Shown here piece by piece: positions 1 to 8,940 of a stretch of DNA of 64,000 bases. Location of the stretch: assembly GCA_035278885.1 (NCBI GenBank), contig DATEIR010000068.1, positions 4,095-68,094 of the forward strand. The letters run 5' to 3'. The position numbers and the translations under genes were made by a program. The notes beneath the pieces were generated by a model. The model saw nothing but the letters and a program-made list of their open reading frames with translations, searched no databases and had not been told where the DNA came from. How positions within the stretch are numbered: the first letter of the stretch is position 1; each line of letters begins with the position of its first letter. The DNA is from Gemmatimonadales bacterium. Lineage in GTDB: Bacteria > Gemmatimonadota > Gemmatimonadetes > Gemmatimonadales > GWC2-71-9.

Positions 1-250
1 GCGTGTCGTCGAGCGAGCTCCACGTCACCAGGCGATCGGTGAGCACCGTGCCATCGGAATCGGTGACCTGGGCCGCGAGCTGGCCGCTGTCGTCCACCAC
101 GACGAGCTGGTTGTCAGGGGTGACGCGGACCGCCGCGACCGGCGCAGGATCAGGATCGGGCCCCGGACCAGGGTCGGGGTTGGGATCGGTGCCGCCGCCG
201 CCGCAGCCGAACAGGAGCGCCAGCGCGAGTACTCCGGCTCGGCGGCTCAC
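1..250 (-). CDS. Big_2/RCC1-repeat lipoprotein paralog, 5' part only (gene runs off the left edge)
   Basis: Reverse translation from GTG (complement of 248..250) gives VSRRAGVLALALLFGCGGGGTDPNPDPGPGPDPDPAPVAAVRVTPDNQLVVVDDSGQLAAQVTDSDGTVLTDRLVTWSSLDD. This is a lipobox, a Pro/Asp linker and a Big_2 domain, with the same layout and near-identical stretches as the N-terminus of the 247..1707 gene. There is a GTGA start/stop overlap at 247..250. The gene is absent from the ORF track because the window edge truncates it. Confidence 0.75.
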   Translation of the reverse strand, partial: MSRRAGVLALALLFGCGGGGTDPNPDPGPGPDPDPAPVAAVRVTPDNQLVVVDDSGQLAAQVTDSDGTVLTDRLVTWSSLDDT

Positions 251-1707
251 AGCTGCCCCGCCACGGCCGTCGGCACGTACCGGGGCTCCGACGTCCCATC
301 ACCCAGCTTCCCCGTGCCGTTCTCGCCCCAGCAGTAGGCGATCTGGTCCGTGGCGATCCCGCAGGTATAGAAGAACCCGAGATCGATCGCCGCCCAGCTA
401 TGTCCCCCGAGCGGGCTCACCGGCTCCAACAGCGGGCCGCCCACTCCACCGATGCCGAGCTGGCCAGACAGATTCTGGCCCCAGCAGCGCAGCGTTCCGC
501 CGTCCAGGACGACGCACGCGAAGCCGGCACCAGCGTCCATCGCGACCGCGCCGACAGCCGCGGGGTAGTCCCCCACCGTGTTTGGGGTTCGGTCGCGCGC
601 GATGTCGACCCCCCGGCACTGCGAGATGGGAGTCTGCCGATCGTCGCGATTCACGCCGGTGTAGCAGATGAAGTTGCTGCCGACCCCGAATTCGAAGGGG
701 GTGAGCGGCGCGTCGATCCGGCTGTAGAGCGGACCCGCCACCGACGCATCCATGATCTGCCCGAAGTCGTTGTCGCCCCAGCACCAGAGGTCGCCCCCAT
801 CGAGGTCGGCGGCGATGCCGCAGGTGAGGCCCAGGTTCGCCTTGATCGTTGCGAAGGTGAGCGGCGCGGGCCAGTCGGGCGGCGCCGGGAGTGCCACCGG
901 GACGGTCGCGTCCTCGGTCGTCCCCGGGATACGGCCATCGGCGGCCGAGCCCCAGCACCAGGCGAGGTGGCTTTCATCGAACGCGCAGGTATGGTCCCCG
1001 CCGGCGGCGATGGCGAGAAAGCGGTGGTCGCCGAGAACCCGCGTCGGCGCGCTGGCAGTGCCCGCGAGGCCGTTGCCCAGCTCTCCAGAGACGTTCTCCC
1101 CCCAGCACCAGGCGGCGAGGTCTTCGTCCAGTCCGCAGACGAAGTCGCGTCCGACGGACAAGGTGGTGAAGTGGTGAGCCCCCACCACGCGCACGGGCGA
1201 TTGATACGCCTGCCCGCTCAGTCCCGCGCCCAGCATGCCATCCTGATTGAGTCCCCAGCACCACGCGGCGCCGGAGGCCAGCAGTCCGCAGGTGAAGTCC
1301 CCGCCGGCGGAGATCTGGCTGAACCGCAGCCGGGCACGGACGGTCACGGTGTCGCTCTTCCCGTCGCTCGTCGCGACGATCCGCGCGTCGCCGTAGGAGA
1401 GCGCCGAGACCTCGCCGGTGGTCGAGACCGTGGCGAGGCTGTCGTCGAGCGAGCTCCAGGTCACCACGCGGTCGGTGAGGATCGTGCCATCGGAATCCGT
1501 CACCACTGCCGTGAGCTGACCGACACCGTCGACCGGCACGAGGCTGTTGTCGGGCGTGACGGTGACCGAGGCGACGGTCGCCTCGGGGTCGGGTCCCGGG
1601 TCGGGATCGGGATCGGTGGTGCCCCCGCCCCCGCAGCCGAGCGCGAGCGCCAGAACCAGGGGTGAGCCGAGCGACGCCAGGCGAGACGGCCGGGTAATGA
1701 GCGACAT
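247..1707 (-). CDS. Secreted lipoprotein with a Big_2 (bacterial Ig-like) domain and RCC1-type beta-propeller repeats
   Basis: ORF 247..1755. I prefer the ATG at 1707, which gives MSLITRPSRLASLGSPLVLALALGC (signal peptide plus lipobox). The Big_2-like segment is VTVTPDNSLVPVDGVGQLTAVVTDSDGTILTDRVVTWSSLDDSLATV. At least six RCC1-like repeats carry the signature CWGxNxxGQLG (CWGLNQDGMLG, CWGENVSGELGNG, CWGSAADGRIPG, CWGDNDFGQ, CWGQNLSGQLG, CWGENGTGKLGDG). Confidence 0.85.
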   Translation of the reverse strand: MSLITRPSRLASLGSPLVLALALGCGGGGTTDPDPDPGPDPEATVASVTVTPDNSLVPVDGVGQLTAVVTDSDGTILTDRVVTWSSLDDSLATVSTTGEVSALSYGDARIVATSDGKSDTVTVRARLRFSQISAGGDFTCGLLASGAAWCWGLNQDGMLGAGLSGQAYQSPVRVVGAHHFTTLSVGRDFVCGLDEDLAAWCWGENVSGELGNGLAGTASAPTRVLGDHRFLAIAAGGDHTCAFDESHLAWCWGSAADGRIPGTTEDATVPVALPAPPDWPAPLTFATIKANLGLTCGIAADLDGGDLWCWGDNDFGQIMDASVAGPLYSRIDAPLTPFEFGVGSNFICYTGVNRDDRQTPISQCRGVDIARDRTPNTVGDYPAAVGAVAMDAGAGFACVVLDGGTLRCWGQNLSGQLGIGGVGGPLLEPVSPLGGHSWAAIDLGFFYTCGIATDQIAYCWGENGTGKLGDGTSEPRYVPTAVAGQL

Positions 1708-1751
1708 GGGCGCATCCAGGACGTGACGGGAGGGCACCTCGGCGTGGCGGG

Positions 1752-2312
1752 TCACAGCCGCCGTACCGGGACCAGCTCGAACGCACCGTCGAACCGGTAG
1801 ACATATCCGTGGTCACGGGCCTGGCCGGCGAATGCGCCGCTGGATCGGCCATCCCGCATCTCGGTGAGGTTCAGCTCGCCTTCGGCAGGCGACAGCCGGC
1901 CCGGCAGGCCCCGGCTCACCAGCAGCAGCGTGGCCGCGCCGGGCTCGAACGTGGGCACCAGCCGGTAGCGCCCGGGCGTCGTGCCATCCACTTCGATCAC
2001 CAGCCGATGGATCCCGTCCCGGCTGCCGAGCTCGATCGACAGATGGCCGCCGTCCACCACGGCCGAGACTTTGGCGTTGTCGAATCGGGCGAGCACGGTG
2101 GAGTCCCGCCGGACCGTGACCCACCCGGTGCTGCCGATCCTCGCACCGGGGTCCACGGCACCGCTCTCGACCGCGTCGGGCGCTTCGCCCCGGCGGCAGG
2201 CCGGCAGGGCGATGAGGGTCAGGATCAGGGTGAGGCTGGAGTAGCGCAGAGGCGGCTCCGGTGCGGTTGCCGAGGGCCCCATTGGCACGTAGAGTTGGGA
2301 CACAGTCGCCAT
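1752..2312 (-). CDS. Hypothetical lipoprotein (first gene of the Big_2/RCC1 operon)
   Basis: 186-aa ORF with a hydrophobic leader and the lipobox-like LTLIALPAC. Its stop overlaps the upstream GTG of the next ORF (GTGA at 1752..1755). No family was recognised. Confidence 0.6.
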   Translation of the reverse strand: MATVSQLYVPMGPSATAPEPPLRYSSLTLILTLIALPACRRGEAPDAVESGAVDPGARIGSTGWVTVRRDSTVLARFDNAKVSAVVDGGHLSIELGSRDGIHRLVIEVDGTTPGRYRLVPTFEPGAATLLLVSRGLPGRLSPAEGELNLTEMRDGRSSGAFAGQARDHGYVYRFDGAFELVPVRRL

Positions 2313-2376
2313 ACGCCGTCACCCGGATGACCCGCCGCCGTTATCAGGCCGGTGACGCTCCCCTTTTCGCCATCAC

Positions 2377-5127
2377 ATGCTGCGTCTCCAGACCCTGGGC
2401 CGATTCGAGCTGACCCGGAGCCTGGCTGCGGGGGAAGAGCCTATCCCCATGCAGCCCAAGCGCCTGGCGCTGCTAGGATATCTGTGCATCGCCGGGGCGG
2501 GCGGCGCCGTCCGGCGTGACACGCTGCAGGCGCTCTTCTGGCCCGACTCCTCCGGCGAGGAGGCTCGGCGCTCCCTCCGTCAGGCGCTCTACTACCTCCG
2601 GAATGCCCTGGGCGACGGGGTGATCCCGAGCCCGGGCGCCGAGACCGTGGCCGTCGATGCCGGCCGGATCCGCTGCGACGCGGTCGAGCTGGAGCCCGCC
2701 GCCGGGAGCCGGCCGGACGAGGCCCTTTCCTTATATCGGGGGGACTTTCTGGAGGGCGTGCACCTGCCGGAGGTGGCGCCGGAGCTGGAGGAGTGGATCG
2801 ACGCCACCCGGCGGCGGCTGCGCGCTGCGGCCGCGGGCGCCGCCTGGCGGCTCGCGGGCGAGACCGAGACCGCCGGGCGAATGGCGGAGGCGGTGCGGGC
2901 CGCGCGGCGCGCGGTGGAGCTGGCGCCTGATGACGAGCCCGGAGTGCGTCGTCTCATCGCCCTGCTGGCCAAGGCAGGAGACCGGCTGAGCGCGCTCGGC
3001 ACCTACGACGAGCTGACGGCGAGGCTCCAGCGCGAGTTCGGCGCGGCACCGTCGCCGGAGACGGTGGCGCTGGGCCGGAGACTGCGGGAGCCCGGCGGTG
3101 CGGCCGCAGTGGTCGCGGAGTCGCTCGAGCCCGCGCCGGCCGCCGCGATCGCACCCGGCGCGCCCGTGATACAGAGGCGCCGGTGGTGGCCCGCGGTCGC
3201 CGGACTGGCCGCCGTTCTCGGGATCGGGGTGGCGCTGGCCCTTCGGGCGCGGCACGCGGAGGGAACCGCTCGTGCGCTCCCCACCGGCGCGGCTCCGGAC
3301 CGCATCCTCCTCGCCGACCTGGACAACCGGACCCGGGATTCGCTGCTCGCCGGCGCCATCGGCGAGGCGCTGCGGGTGGATCTCGCGCAGTCGCCCCGCG
3401 TGGCCGTGCTCAGCTCCCAGCAGGTGCGCGAGGGGCTGGCCCGAATGGAGCGGGGCGACGCATCCCGTCTCGGCGATTCACTCGCCCGCGAGCTGGCACT
3501 TCGGACCGGCGCCAAGGCCTACGTCGTCGGGTCGGTCGGGGAGATGGGCCGCGGATATTCGATCTCGGCCGAGCTGGTGGCGGCGGCCGACGGCGACATC
3601 CTGGCCGCGGTGCGCGAGACCGCCCGCGACTCGAGCGAGCTGTTGCCGGCCGTGGACCGGCTGGGCGCGGCCTTCCGCCGGCGCCTGGGTGAATCGGTGC
3701 GCGCCGCCCCCTCGGCCGCGCCATTGGAGCAGGTCACCACCCGCTCGCTCGAGGCGCTGCGCGGGTACTCCGAGGCCATCCGGGTCTCGGATCTCCAGGG
3801 CGACGAGCGTCGGGCGCTGCCGCTGCTGCGCGAGGCGGTGGCACTCGACTCCGGGTTCGCCATGGCGTGGCGCAAGCTCGCCTCCGTGGCGGCGAATGTC
3901 GGCGAATACGGCCTGGCGCACCAGGCCGGCGAGCACGCCTTTCAGCACCGCGACCGCCTGCCCGAGCGGGAGCGCTATCTCACCATGGGGAGCTACTACA
4001 CCAACGCCGATCGGCCAGCGGAGGCGATCCGCGCGTATTCGGCGCTGCTGGAGATCTGGCCCACCGATGTCCGCGCGCTCAACAACATCGGGTTCGTCTA
4101 CGAGCAGCTCCGCGACTACCGGCGGAGCGAGGAGTACCGCCGGCGGGCGCTCGCGGCCGACAGCAGCATCAGCGCCCTCTATTGGAACCTCGCGTCCGCC
4201 CTCCTGAACCAGGGCAAGCTCGACGCGGCGAGCCAGCTGGTCCGGACCACGCTGGCGCGCTTCCCCGACAACGAGCGGTCGCTCTGGCTCGAGGTGGACA
4301 TCGCGATCGCGCGCGGCGACCTCGACGCCGCCGAGCGGCGCACCCGCGAGCTGCTGGACCAGGCCACCGACGACTACACCCGGCGCGACCGGGCCCACCG
4401 CACCCTCGCGACGCTGAACCTGATGCGCGGGCGGGTGGGTGCGGCCGAGGCGGAGCTGCGCGCGCTGGAGCCGATCCTCCGGCGCGACGGCACGGCGGGC
4501 GACCTGGCGACGCTCGCGGCCTGGGAAGGCTTCGTCTCGGCCACCGCGCGCCAGGCGGGCGGCGAGGCCGCGAGGGTCATGGAGCGGGTGCTCGATGGGG
4601 TGCGACTCGACACGGTGCCGGTGGCGGATCGGCGGGACGGCTTTCGCGGGTACGTCTACGCGCTGGCGGGCCAGCCGCGCCGAGCCCGGGCCTTGGCGGC
4701 GGAGGGACGCGCCGCTCCGGGCGACGGGATCGGAGGGGAAGGGGAGCTGCAGCGCGCCGAAGGGGCGGCGCTGCTGGCGGAAGGACGCACCGCGGAGGCC
4801 GTGACCCGGCTGCAGGAGGCGGTGAAGGTGGGTTACTGTCCGATCTGCGCGCTGGCCGACCTGGCCCGCGCCTACGACGCCGCCGGGAACCGCGACTCCG
4901 CGCTCGCCGTCTGGCGGCGGTATGTGGAGACGCCGTGGAGCGAGCGCTGGAGCTCCGACGGGGAGTATACCGGCTTGGCCCTCGCACGGATCGTCTCGCT
5001 CAGCGCGGAGGAGGGAGACAGCGCAACGGCGAGGGCGGCATACGGTCGGCTGGCGGCGCTCTGGGCCGGGGCGGATCCCGAGATGAGGCCGCTGCTGCGG
5101 GACGCCGAGCGAAACGCGGGACACTGA
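2377..5127 (+). CDS. SARP/BTAD-family transcriptional regulator fused to a transmembrane segment and C-terminal TPR repeats
   Basis: The N-terminal winged-helix region reads LQTLGRFEL...PKRLALLGYL...RRSLRQALYYLRNAL. The BTAD motif reads LYRGDFLEG...EEWIDATRRRL. A single TM segment (WWPAVAGLAAVLGIGVALAL) is followed by long TPR-like repeats. The gene is divergent from the lipoprotein operon. Confidence 0.85.
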   Translation: MLRLQTLGRFELTRSLAAGEEPIPMQPKRLALLGYLCIAGAGGAVRRDTLQALFWPDSSGEEARRSLRQALYYLRNALGDGVIPSPGAETVAVDAGRIRCDAVELEPAAGSRPDEALSLYRGDFLEGVHLPEVAPELEEWIDATRRRLRAAAAGAAWRLAGETETAGRMAEAVRAARRAVELAPDDEPGVRRLIALLAKAGDRLSALGTYDELTARLQREFGAAPSPETVALGRRLREPGGAAAVVAESLEPAPAAAIAPGAPVIQRRRWWPAVAGLAAVLGIGVALALRARHAEGTARALPTGAAPDRILLADLDNRTRDSLLAGAIGEALRVDLAQSPRVAVLSSQQVREGLARMERGDASRLGDSLARELALRTGAKAYVVGSVGEMGRGYSISAELVAAADGDILAAVRETARDSSELLPAVDRLGAAFRRRLGESVRAAPSAAPLEQVTTRSLEALRGYSEAIRVSDLQGDERRALPLLREAVALDSGFAMAWRKLASVAANVGEYGLAHQAGEHAFQHRDRLPERERYLTMGSYYTNADRPAEAIRAYSALLEIWPTDVRALNNIGFVYEQLRDYRRSEEYRRRALAADSSISALYWNLASALLNQGKLDAASQLVRTTLARFPDNERSLWLEVDIAIARGDLDAAERRTRELLDQATDDYTRRDRAHRTLATLNLMRGRVGAAEAELRALEPILRRDGTAGDLATLAAWEGFVSATARQAGGEAARVMERVLDGVRLDTVPVADRRDGFRGYVYALAGQPRRARALAAEGRAAPGDGIGGEGELQRAEGAALLAEGRTAEAVTRLQEAVKVGYCPICALADLARAYDAAGNRDSALAVWRRYVETPWSERWSSDGEYTGLALARIVSLSAEEGDSATARAAYGRLAALWAGADPEMRPLLRDAERNAGH

Positions 5128-5131
5128 GGCG

Positions 5132-6355
5132 GTGCCCCGCCGCGTCGCCGTGATCGGGGCAGGGGCCGCCGGCACCATGGCGGCGATCTTCGCGGCCGCC
5201 GGCGGCGCCGAGACCCTGCTGCTGGAGCGCACGCGGGACGGCGGACGCAAGATCCTCATCAGCGGCGGCGGCCGCTGCAACATCCTGCCCGCGCGGGTGG
5301 AGGAGCGCCGGTTCGTCACCGACTCCTCGCCGCACACTCTCAGAAACATTCTCCGTTCCTGGCCGCTCGCGGAGCAGATCGCGTTCTTCGAGCGCGAGCT
5401 GAGCCTGCCGCTGGTGGAGGAGCGCGAGACGGCCAAGCTGTTCCCCGAGTCGAACCGCGCGCGCGACGTGCGGGACGGGTTGCTGGCGCTGGCGGCACGC
5501 CGCGGCGCGCGGGTGCTCTTCGATACCATGGTCACCGGGCTCGAGCCCGTGGCTGGCGGCTGGCGGGTCGAGCGGGAGCAGGGTGAGCCGCTGGCGGTGG
5601 ACGCGGTGGTCGTCGCCACCGGCGGGCTGTCCGTCCCCACCACCGGCAGCGACGGCCGCGGGCTGGCGATCCTTTCGGCGCTGGGACACACGGTGCACCC
5701 GACGTACCCGGCGCTCACGCCGGCGGTCGCGAGCCCGGCGCCGTTCGGGGCACTCGCCGGGGTCTCGCTGCCCGTCACGATCACCGCGCGCGACGACCGG
5801 AGGAGCGCCGGCAGCAGCGGCGGATTCCTCTTTACCCATCGGGGGTACAGTGGGCCGGCGGTGCTCGATGTGTCCCACGTTCTCGTGCGCTCACGCCTGG
5901 AGGGCGACGGGGGCGCACGGCTCCAGGTCCGGTGGTCAGCCCTCGACGAGGAGGGGTGGGCGCGCGCGCTCGAGCCGGAGGGCACCCGTACGGTCGCCGG
6001 GGTACTCCGGCGCGAGCTCCCCGATCGGCTGGCCGCCGCCTTGGCCGAGGCGGCCGGGGTGGATCCGTCCCGCCCGCTGGCCCAGCTCCGCCGAGAAGAG
6101 CGTTACCGACTGATCGAGGTGCTGGTGCGCGGCGAGCTTTTCTGGAGCGGAGACGAGGGGTACCGCAAGGCGGAGGTGACGGGCGGCGGGGTGAGCCTGG
6201 CGGAAGTGGCGCCCCGCACGCTGGAGAGTCGGCGCCACCCCGGGCTGTACCTGTCGGGGGAAGTCCTGGACGCATTCGGTCCCATCGGGGGATACAATTT
6301 CCTCTGGGCCTGGGCGACGGGCCGCGCGGCGGGGATCGCCGCGGCGCACGGGTGA
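5132..6355 (+). CDS. NAD(P)/FAD-dependent oxidoreductase, HI0933/YhiN (BaiN-like) family
   Basis: N-terminal dinucleotide fold VAVIGAGAAGTMAA, an ISGGGRCNI motif, and the C-terminal GEVLDAFGPIGGYNFLWAWATG that is typical of this family. Confidence 0.85.
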   Translation: MPRRVAVIGAGAAGTMAAIFAAAGGAETLLLERTRDGGRKILISGGGRCNILPARVEERRFVTDSSPHTLRNILRSWPLAEQIAFFERELSLPLVEERETAKLFPESNRARDVRDGLLALAARRGARVLFDTMVTGLEPVAGGWRVEREQGEPLAVDAVVVATGGLSVPTTGSDGRGLAILSALGHTVHPTYPALTPAVASPAPFGALAGVSLPVTITARDDRRSAGSSGGFLFTHRGYSGPAVLDVSHVLVRSRLEGDGGARLQVRWSALDEEGWARALEPEGTRTVAGVLRRELPDRLAAALAEAAGVDPSRPLAQLRREERYRLIEVLVRGELFWSGDEGYRKAEVTGGGVSLAEVAPRTLESRRHPGLYLSGEVLDAFGPIGGYNFLWAWATGRAAGIAAAHG

Positions 6356-6438
6356 GACGGCACTATCCTTCGGGAAATGCCGGCGCGCCTCTTCGAGAGG
6401 CGGCCGCGAGGATGGACCCCGAACGAGGAAGACTCGGT

Positions 6439-7140
6439 ATGGATCTGAAGACAGCCAAGGTGCTGGTGACCGGCGGCAGCACCGGAATCGGCCGCGACAT
6501 CGCCCGCGTACTGGTAGAGCGGGGCGCACGCGTCGCCATCTGCGCCCGCCACGAAGGAAATCTGCGGGCGGCCGCCAAGGAGATCGGCGCGACCGCCATC
6601 CACGGCGACGTGAGCCAGGAGGCCGACGCGGTCCGCATCGTGCGGGAGACGGTCGCCGCGCTCGGCGGTTACAACGTGCTGGTGAACAACGCGGGGATCG
6701 GTCAGTTCGCGCCGCTGCTCGACATGACCGCGACCATGATGCGTCAGGTGTGGGAGGTCAACGTGCTCGGCGCGACCATGGTCGCGCGCGAGTCGGCGCG
6801 TCACTTCGTGGCGCAGAAGGCGGGCAACATCATCAACATCGGCTCGACCTCCGGACTGCGGGCCGGGCCGGGCAGCAGCGCCTACGCCTCCACCAAGTTC
6901 GCCCTGCGCGCGCTGACCGAGTCGTGGCGCGCGGAGCTGCGCGCCCACAACGTGCGGGTGATGCTGCTCAACCCCAGTGAGGTCGTCACCGAGTTCGCCG
7001 GCCGAGCGGGCCACGCCCAGACCGACGACCCCTCCAAGCTGCACCCGCCCGAGATCGCGCACACGCTGGTGGCGATGCTGGAGATGGACGACCGCGGGAT
7101 GATTCCCGAGCTCAGCGTCTGGGCGACGAACCCGCGGTAG
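6439..7140 (+). CDS. Short-chain dehydrogenase/reductase (SDR)
   Basis: In-frame part of ORF 5932..7140. The ATG at 6439 gives MDLKTAKVLVTGGSTGIGRDIA (TGxxxGIG cofactor motif), NNAG, and YASTKFAL (YxxxK catalytic motif). An alternative ATG lies at 6412. The long upstream extension is Arg/Gly/Pro-rich and overlaps the previous gene. Confidence 0.85.
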   Translation: MDLKTAKVLVTGGSTGIGRDIARVLVERGARVAICARHEGNLRAAAKEIGATAIHGDVSQEADAVRIVRETVAALGGYNVLVNNAGIGQFAPLLDMTATMMRQVWEVNVLGATMVARESARHFVAQKAGNIINIGSTSGLRAGPGSSAYASTKFALRALTESWRAELRAHNVRVMLLNPSEVVTEFAGRAGHAQTDDPSKLHPPEIAHTLVAMLEMDDRGMIPELSVWATNPR

Positions 7141-7151
7141 GGAGACCGCAG

Positions 7152-8174
7152 GTGAGGCGATCCGTCCGGGCCGTCGCCATGGGCCAGTGGGCAAGCCTGC
7201 TTCTGCTGCAGGCGTGCCTGTCGTCGGGCGGCCGGACCCAGCTCGCCGCCGAGCCCTGGACCGATTCGTCGGCCCACCGGATCAGCTTCGTATCGGTGGC
7301 GCCCGACGTGCGCCTCGAGGTGCTCGACTGGGGCGGCTCGGGACCCCCGCTCGTCTTCCTCTCCGGATTGCAGGACGTGGCTCACGGGTTCGATGATCTC
7401 GCTCCACGCTTCATCGACCACCACCATGTCCTCGCGATCACCCGGCGTGGGTACGGCGCGTCGAGCCAGCCGGACTCGGGCTATGACCTGGCGGGCCGGG
7501 TCGCCGATCTGCGCGCCGTGCTGGATTCGCTGCGGCTCCCCCGCGTCGCCCTCGCAGGGCACTCGATCGCCGGCGACGAGCTGACGGCCTTTGCGGGCGC
7601 GTACCCCGACCGGGTGACCGAGCTGGTCTACCTGGACGCGGCATACGACCACAGCAGCCTGGGAGAGCTGCTTGGCCTGAGTCCGGCGCCGCCGACGATG
7701 CTGGCCCCGGACTCGGCGTCGGTCGGGGCGGTCCAGGCCTATCTGCAACGGTCCTACGGGATGCACATTCCAGAAGCCCAGCTCCGCGCCATCGGGCGGT
7801 ATGACGCGGCCGGCCGGCTGGTGGCGAATGTGACGCCCGCGGCCATAGACTCGCTGATCCTCGTCGGCTGCGGGAATCCCGACTATGCGGCCGTCCATGC
7901 GCCGGCGCTCGTCATCTATGCCGTGAGCGATTCCGTCCAGCAGGTGTTTCCGACGTGGCCCACGCTCGACAGCACCGAGCGGAGTGCCGCGCTCCGGTTT
8001 ACCGCGGCGCTCCAGACCTGGGAGGCCGCACAGCGGGCCCGGGTCCGGCGCGAGATGCCGTCCGCGCAGGTGCTGGAGCTCCACGGCGCCAATCACTATG
8101 TGTTCGACTCGGATTCGACCGAGGTGATACGGTCGATGAAGGCGTTCTTCGGGCAGTCCCGGGGCAGGGACTAG
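7152..8174 (+). CDS. Secreted alpha/beta-hydrolase
   Basis: Signal/lipobox-like N-terminus (WASLLLLQAC), nucleophile elbow GHSIAG, and an HG-type oxyanion region (PPLVFLSG). Confidence 0.8.
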   Translation: MRRSVRAVAMGQWASLLLLQACLSSGGRTQLAAEPWTDSSAHRISFVSVAPDVRLEVLDWGGSGPPLVFLSGLQDVAHGFDDLAPRFIDHHHVLAITRRGYGASSQPDSGYDLAGRVADLRAVLDSLRLPRVALAGHSIAGDELTAFAGAYPDRVTELVYLDAAYDHSSLGELLGLSPAPPTMLAPDSASVGAVQAYLQRSYGMHIPEAQLRAIGRYDAAGRLVANVTPAAIDSLILVGCGNPDYAAVHAPALVIYAVSDSVQQVFPTWPTLDSTERSAALRFTAALQTWEAAQRARVRREMPSAQVLELHGANHYVFDSDSTEVIRSMKAFFGQSRGRD

Positions 8175-8696
8175 GTGGGTGCGAGCATGCGGACGCAGCC
8201 AAGCCTGACAATCCGCAAGATCCGCCCCGACGAGTTCGAGCTCGTGTGGCCGATTTTCCGTGCGGTGATCTCGACCGGCGACACCTACGCCTACTCACCG
8301 GACTTGACGATCGCCCAAGCTCGAGCCACCTGGATCGCGCCGCCGGCCCGCGCCTTCATGGCCGAGCTGAGCGGCACGGTGGTCGGGACCTATGCGCTGC
8401 GGCCGAACCAGCCCGGGCTGGGTGACCATGTCGCCAATGCCGGGTACATGGTCGCCCCGGCGGCCCGGGGCCGGGGCGTCGCCCGAACGCTCTGCGAGCA
8501 CTCGATGGAAACCGCTCGGCAGGCCGGATTCACGGCGATGCAGTTCAATTTCGTCGTGAGCACCAACGAAGGAGCGGTCCGGCTCTGGCAGCGCTGCGGT
8601 TTTCGTATCGTCGGTCAGGTTCCGGCTGCTTTCCGGCATCGGGAGCGTGGGCCGACGGATGTGTTCATCATGCACCGGTTTCTCGCCGGAGAGTGA
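8175..8696 (+). CDS. GNAT family N-acetyltransferase
   Basis: Acetyl-CoA binding motif RGRGVARTL and C-terminal NEGAVRLWQRCGFRIVG. An alternative ATG start lies at 8187. Confidence 0.8.
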   Translation: MGASMRTQPSLTIRKIRPDEFELVWPIFRAVISTGDTYAYSPDLTIAQARATWIAPPARAFMAELSGTVVGTYALRPNQPGLGDHVANAGYMVAPAARGRGVARTLCEHSMETARQAGFTAMQFNFVVSTNEGAVRLWQRCGFRIVGQVPAAFRHRERGPTDVFIMHRFLAGE

Positions 8697-8896
8697 GAAG
8701 CGCCATGGAGACTGATCCCCTGAAGCTGGCCGAGCAGGTGCGGGGCGTCCTCGTGCACGCGGCCCTGATGGCCTACGAGGATGCGGCCATTCGCGGTCTT
8801 TGCTGTGAGGGCGCCTGGGAGGTGGCGGTAGGCGCGATGCGGGAGCTGGACCTTGCGAGGGTCGTGGCCCAGGGCTCACCCTCGCCGGCCGGCTGA
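8693..8896 (+). CDS. Small hypothetical protein (67 aa)
   Basis: GTGA overlap with the GNAT stop. The codon usage looks coding and the sequence is helical (LAEQVRGVLVHAALMAYEDAAIRGLCCEGAWEVAVGAM). I cannot name the family. Confidence 0.4.
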   Translation: MRSAMETDPLKLAEQVRGVLVHAALMAYEDAAIRGLCCEGAWEVAVGAMRELDLARVVAQGSPSPAG

Positions 8897-8940
8897 CGCC
8901 GCGAGACACGAGGCCGGTCAACCCGAACGAGGATCGTGAT

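Noticed and set aside
3478-5985. 835-aa minus-strand ORF, one of the longest in the track
   Set aside because: It runs antisense to two well-supported + strand genes (the SARP-TPR regulator and the HI0933 flavoprotein). Its translation is Arg/Pro/Ala/Ser/Gly-rich low complexity with no recognisable domain. This is the usual stop-free antisense frame of very GC-rich DNA.
5932-6438. 169-codon N-terminal extension of the SDR ORF
   Set aside because: It overlaps the 3' half of the HI0933-family gene and is Arg/Gly-rich. The SDR cofactor motif begins right after the internal ATG at 6439, which has its own purine-rich leader.
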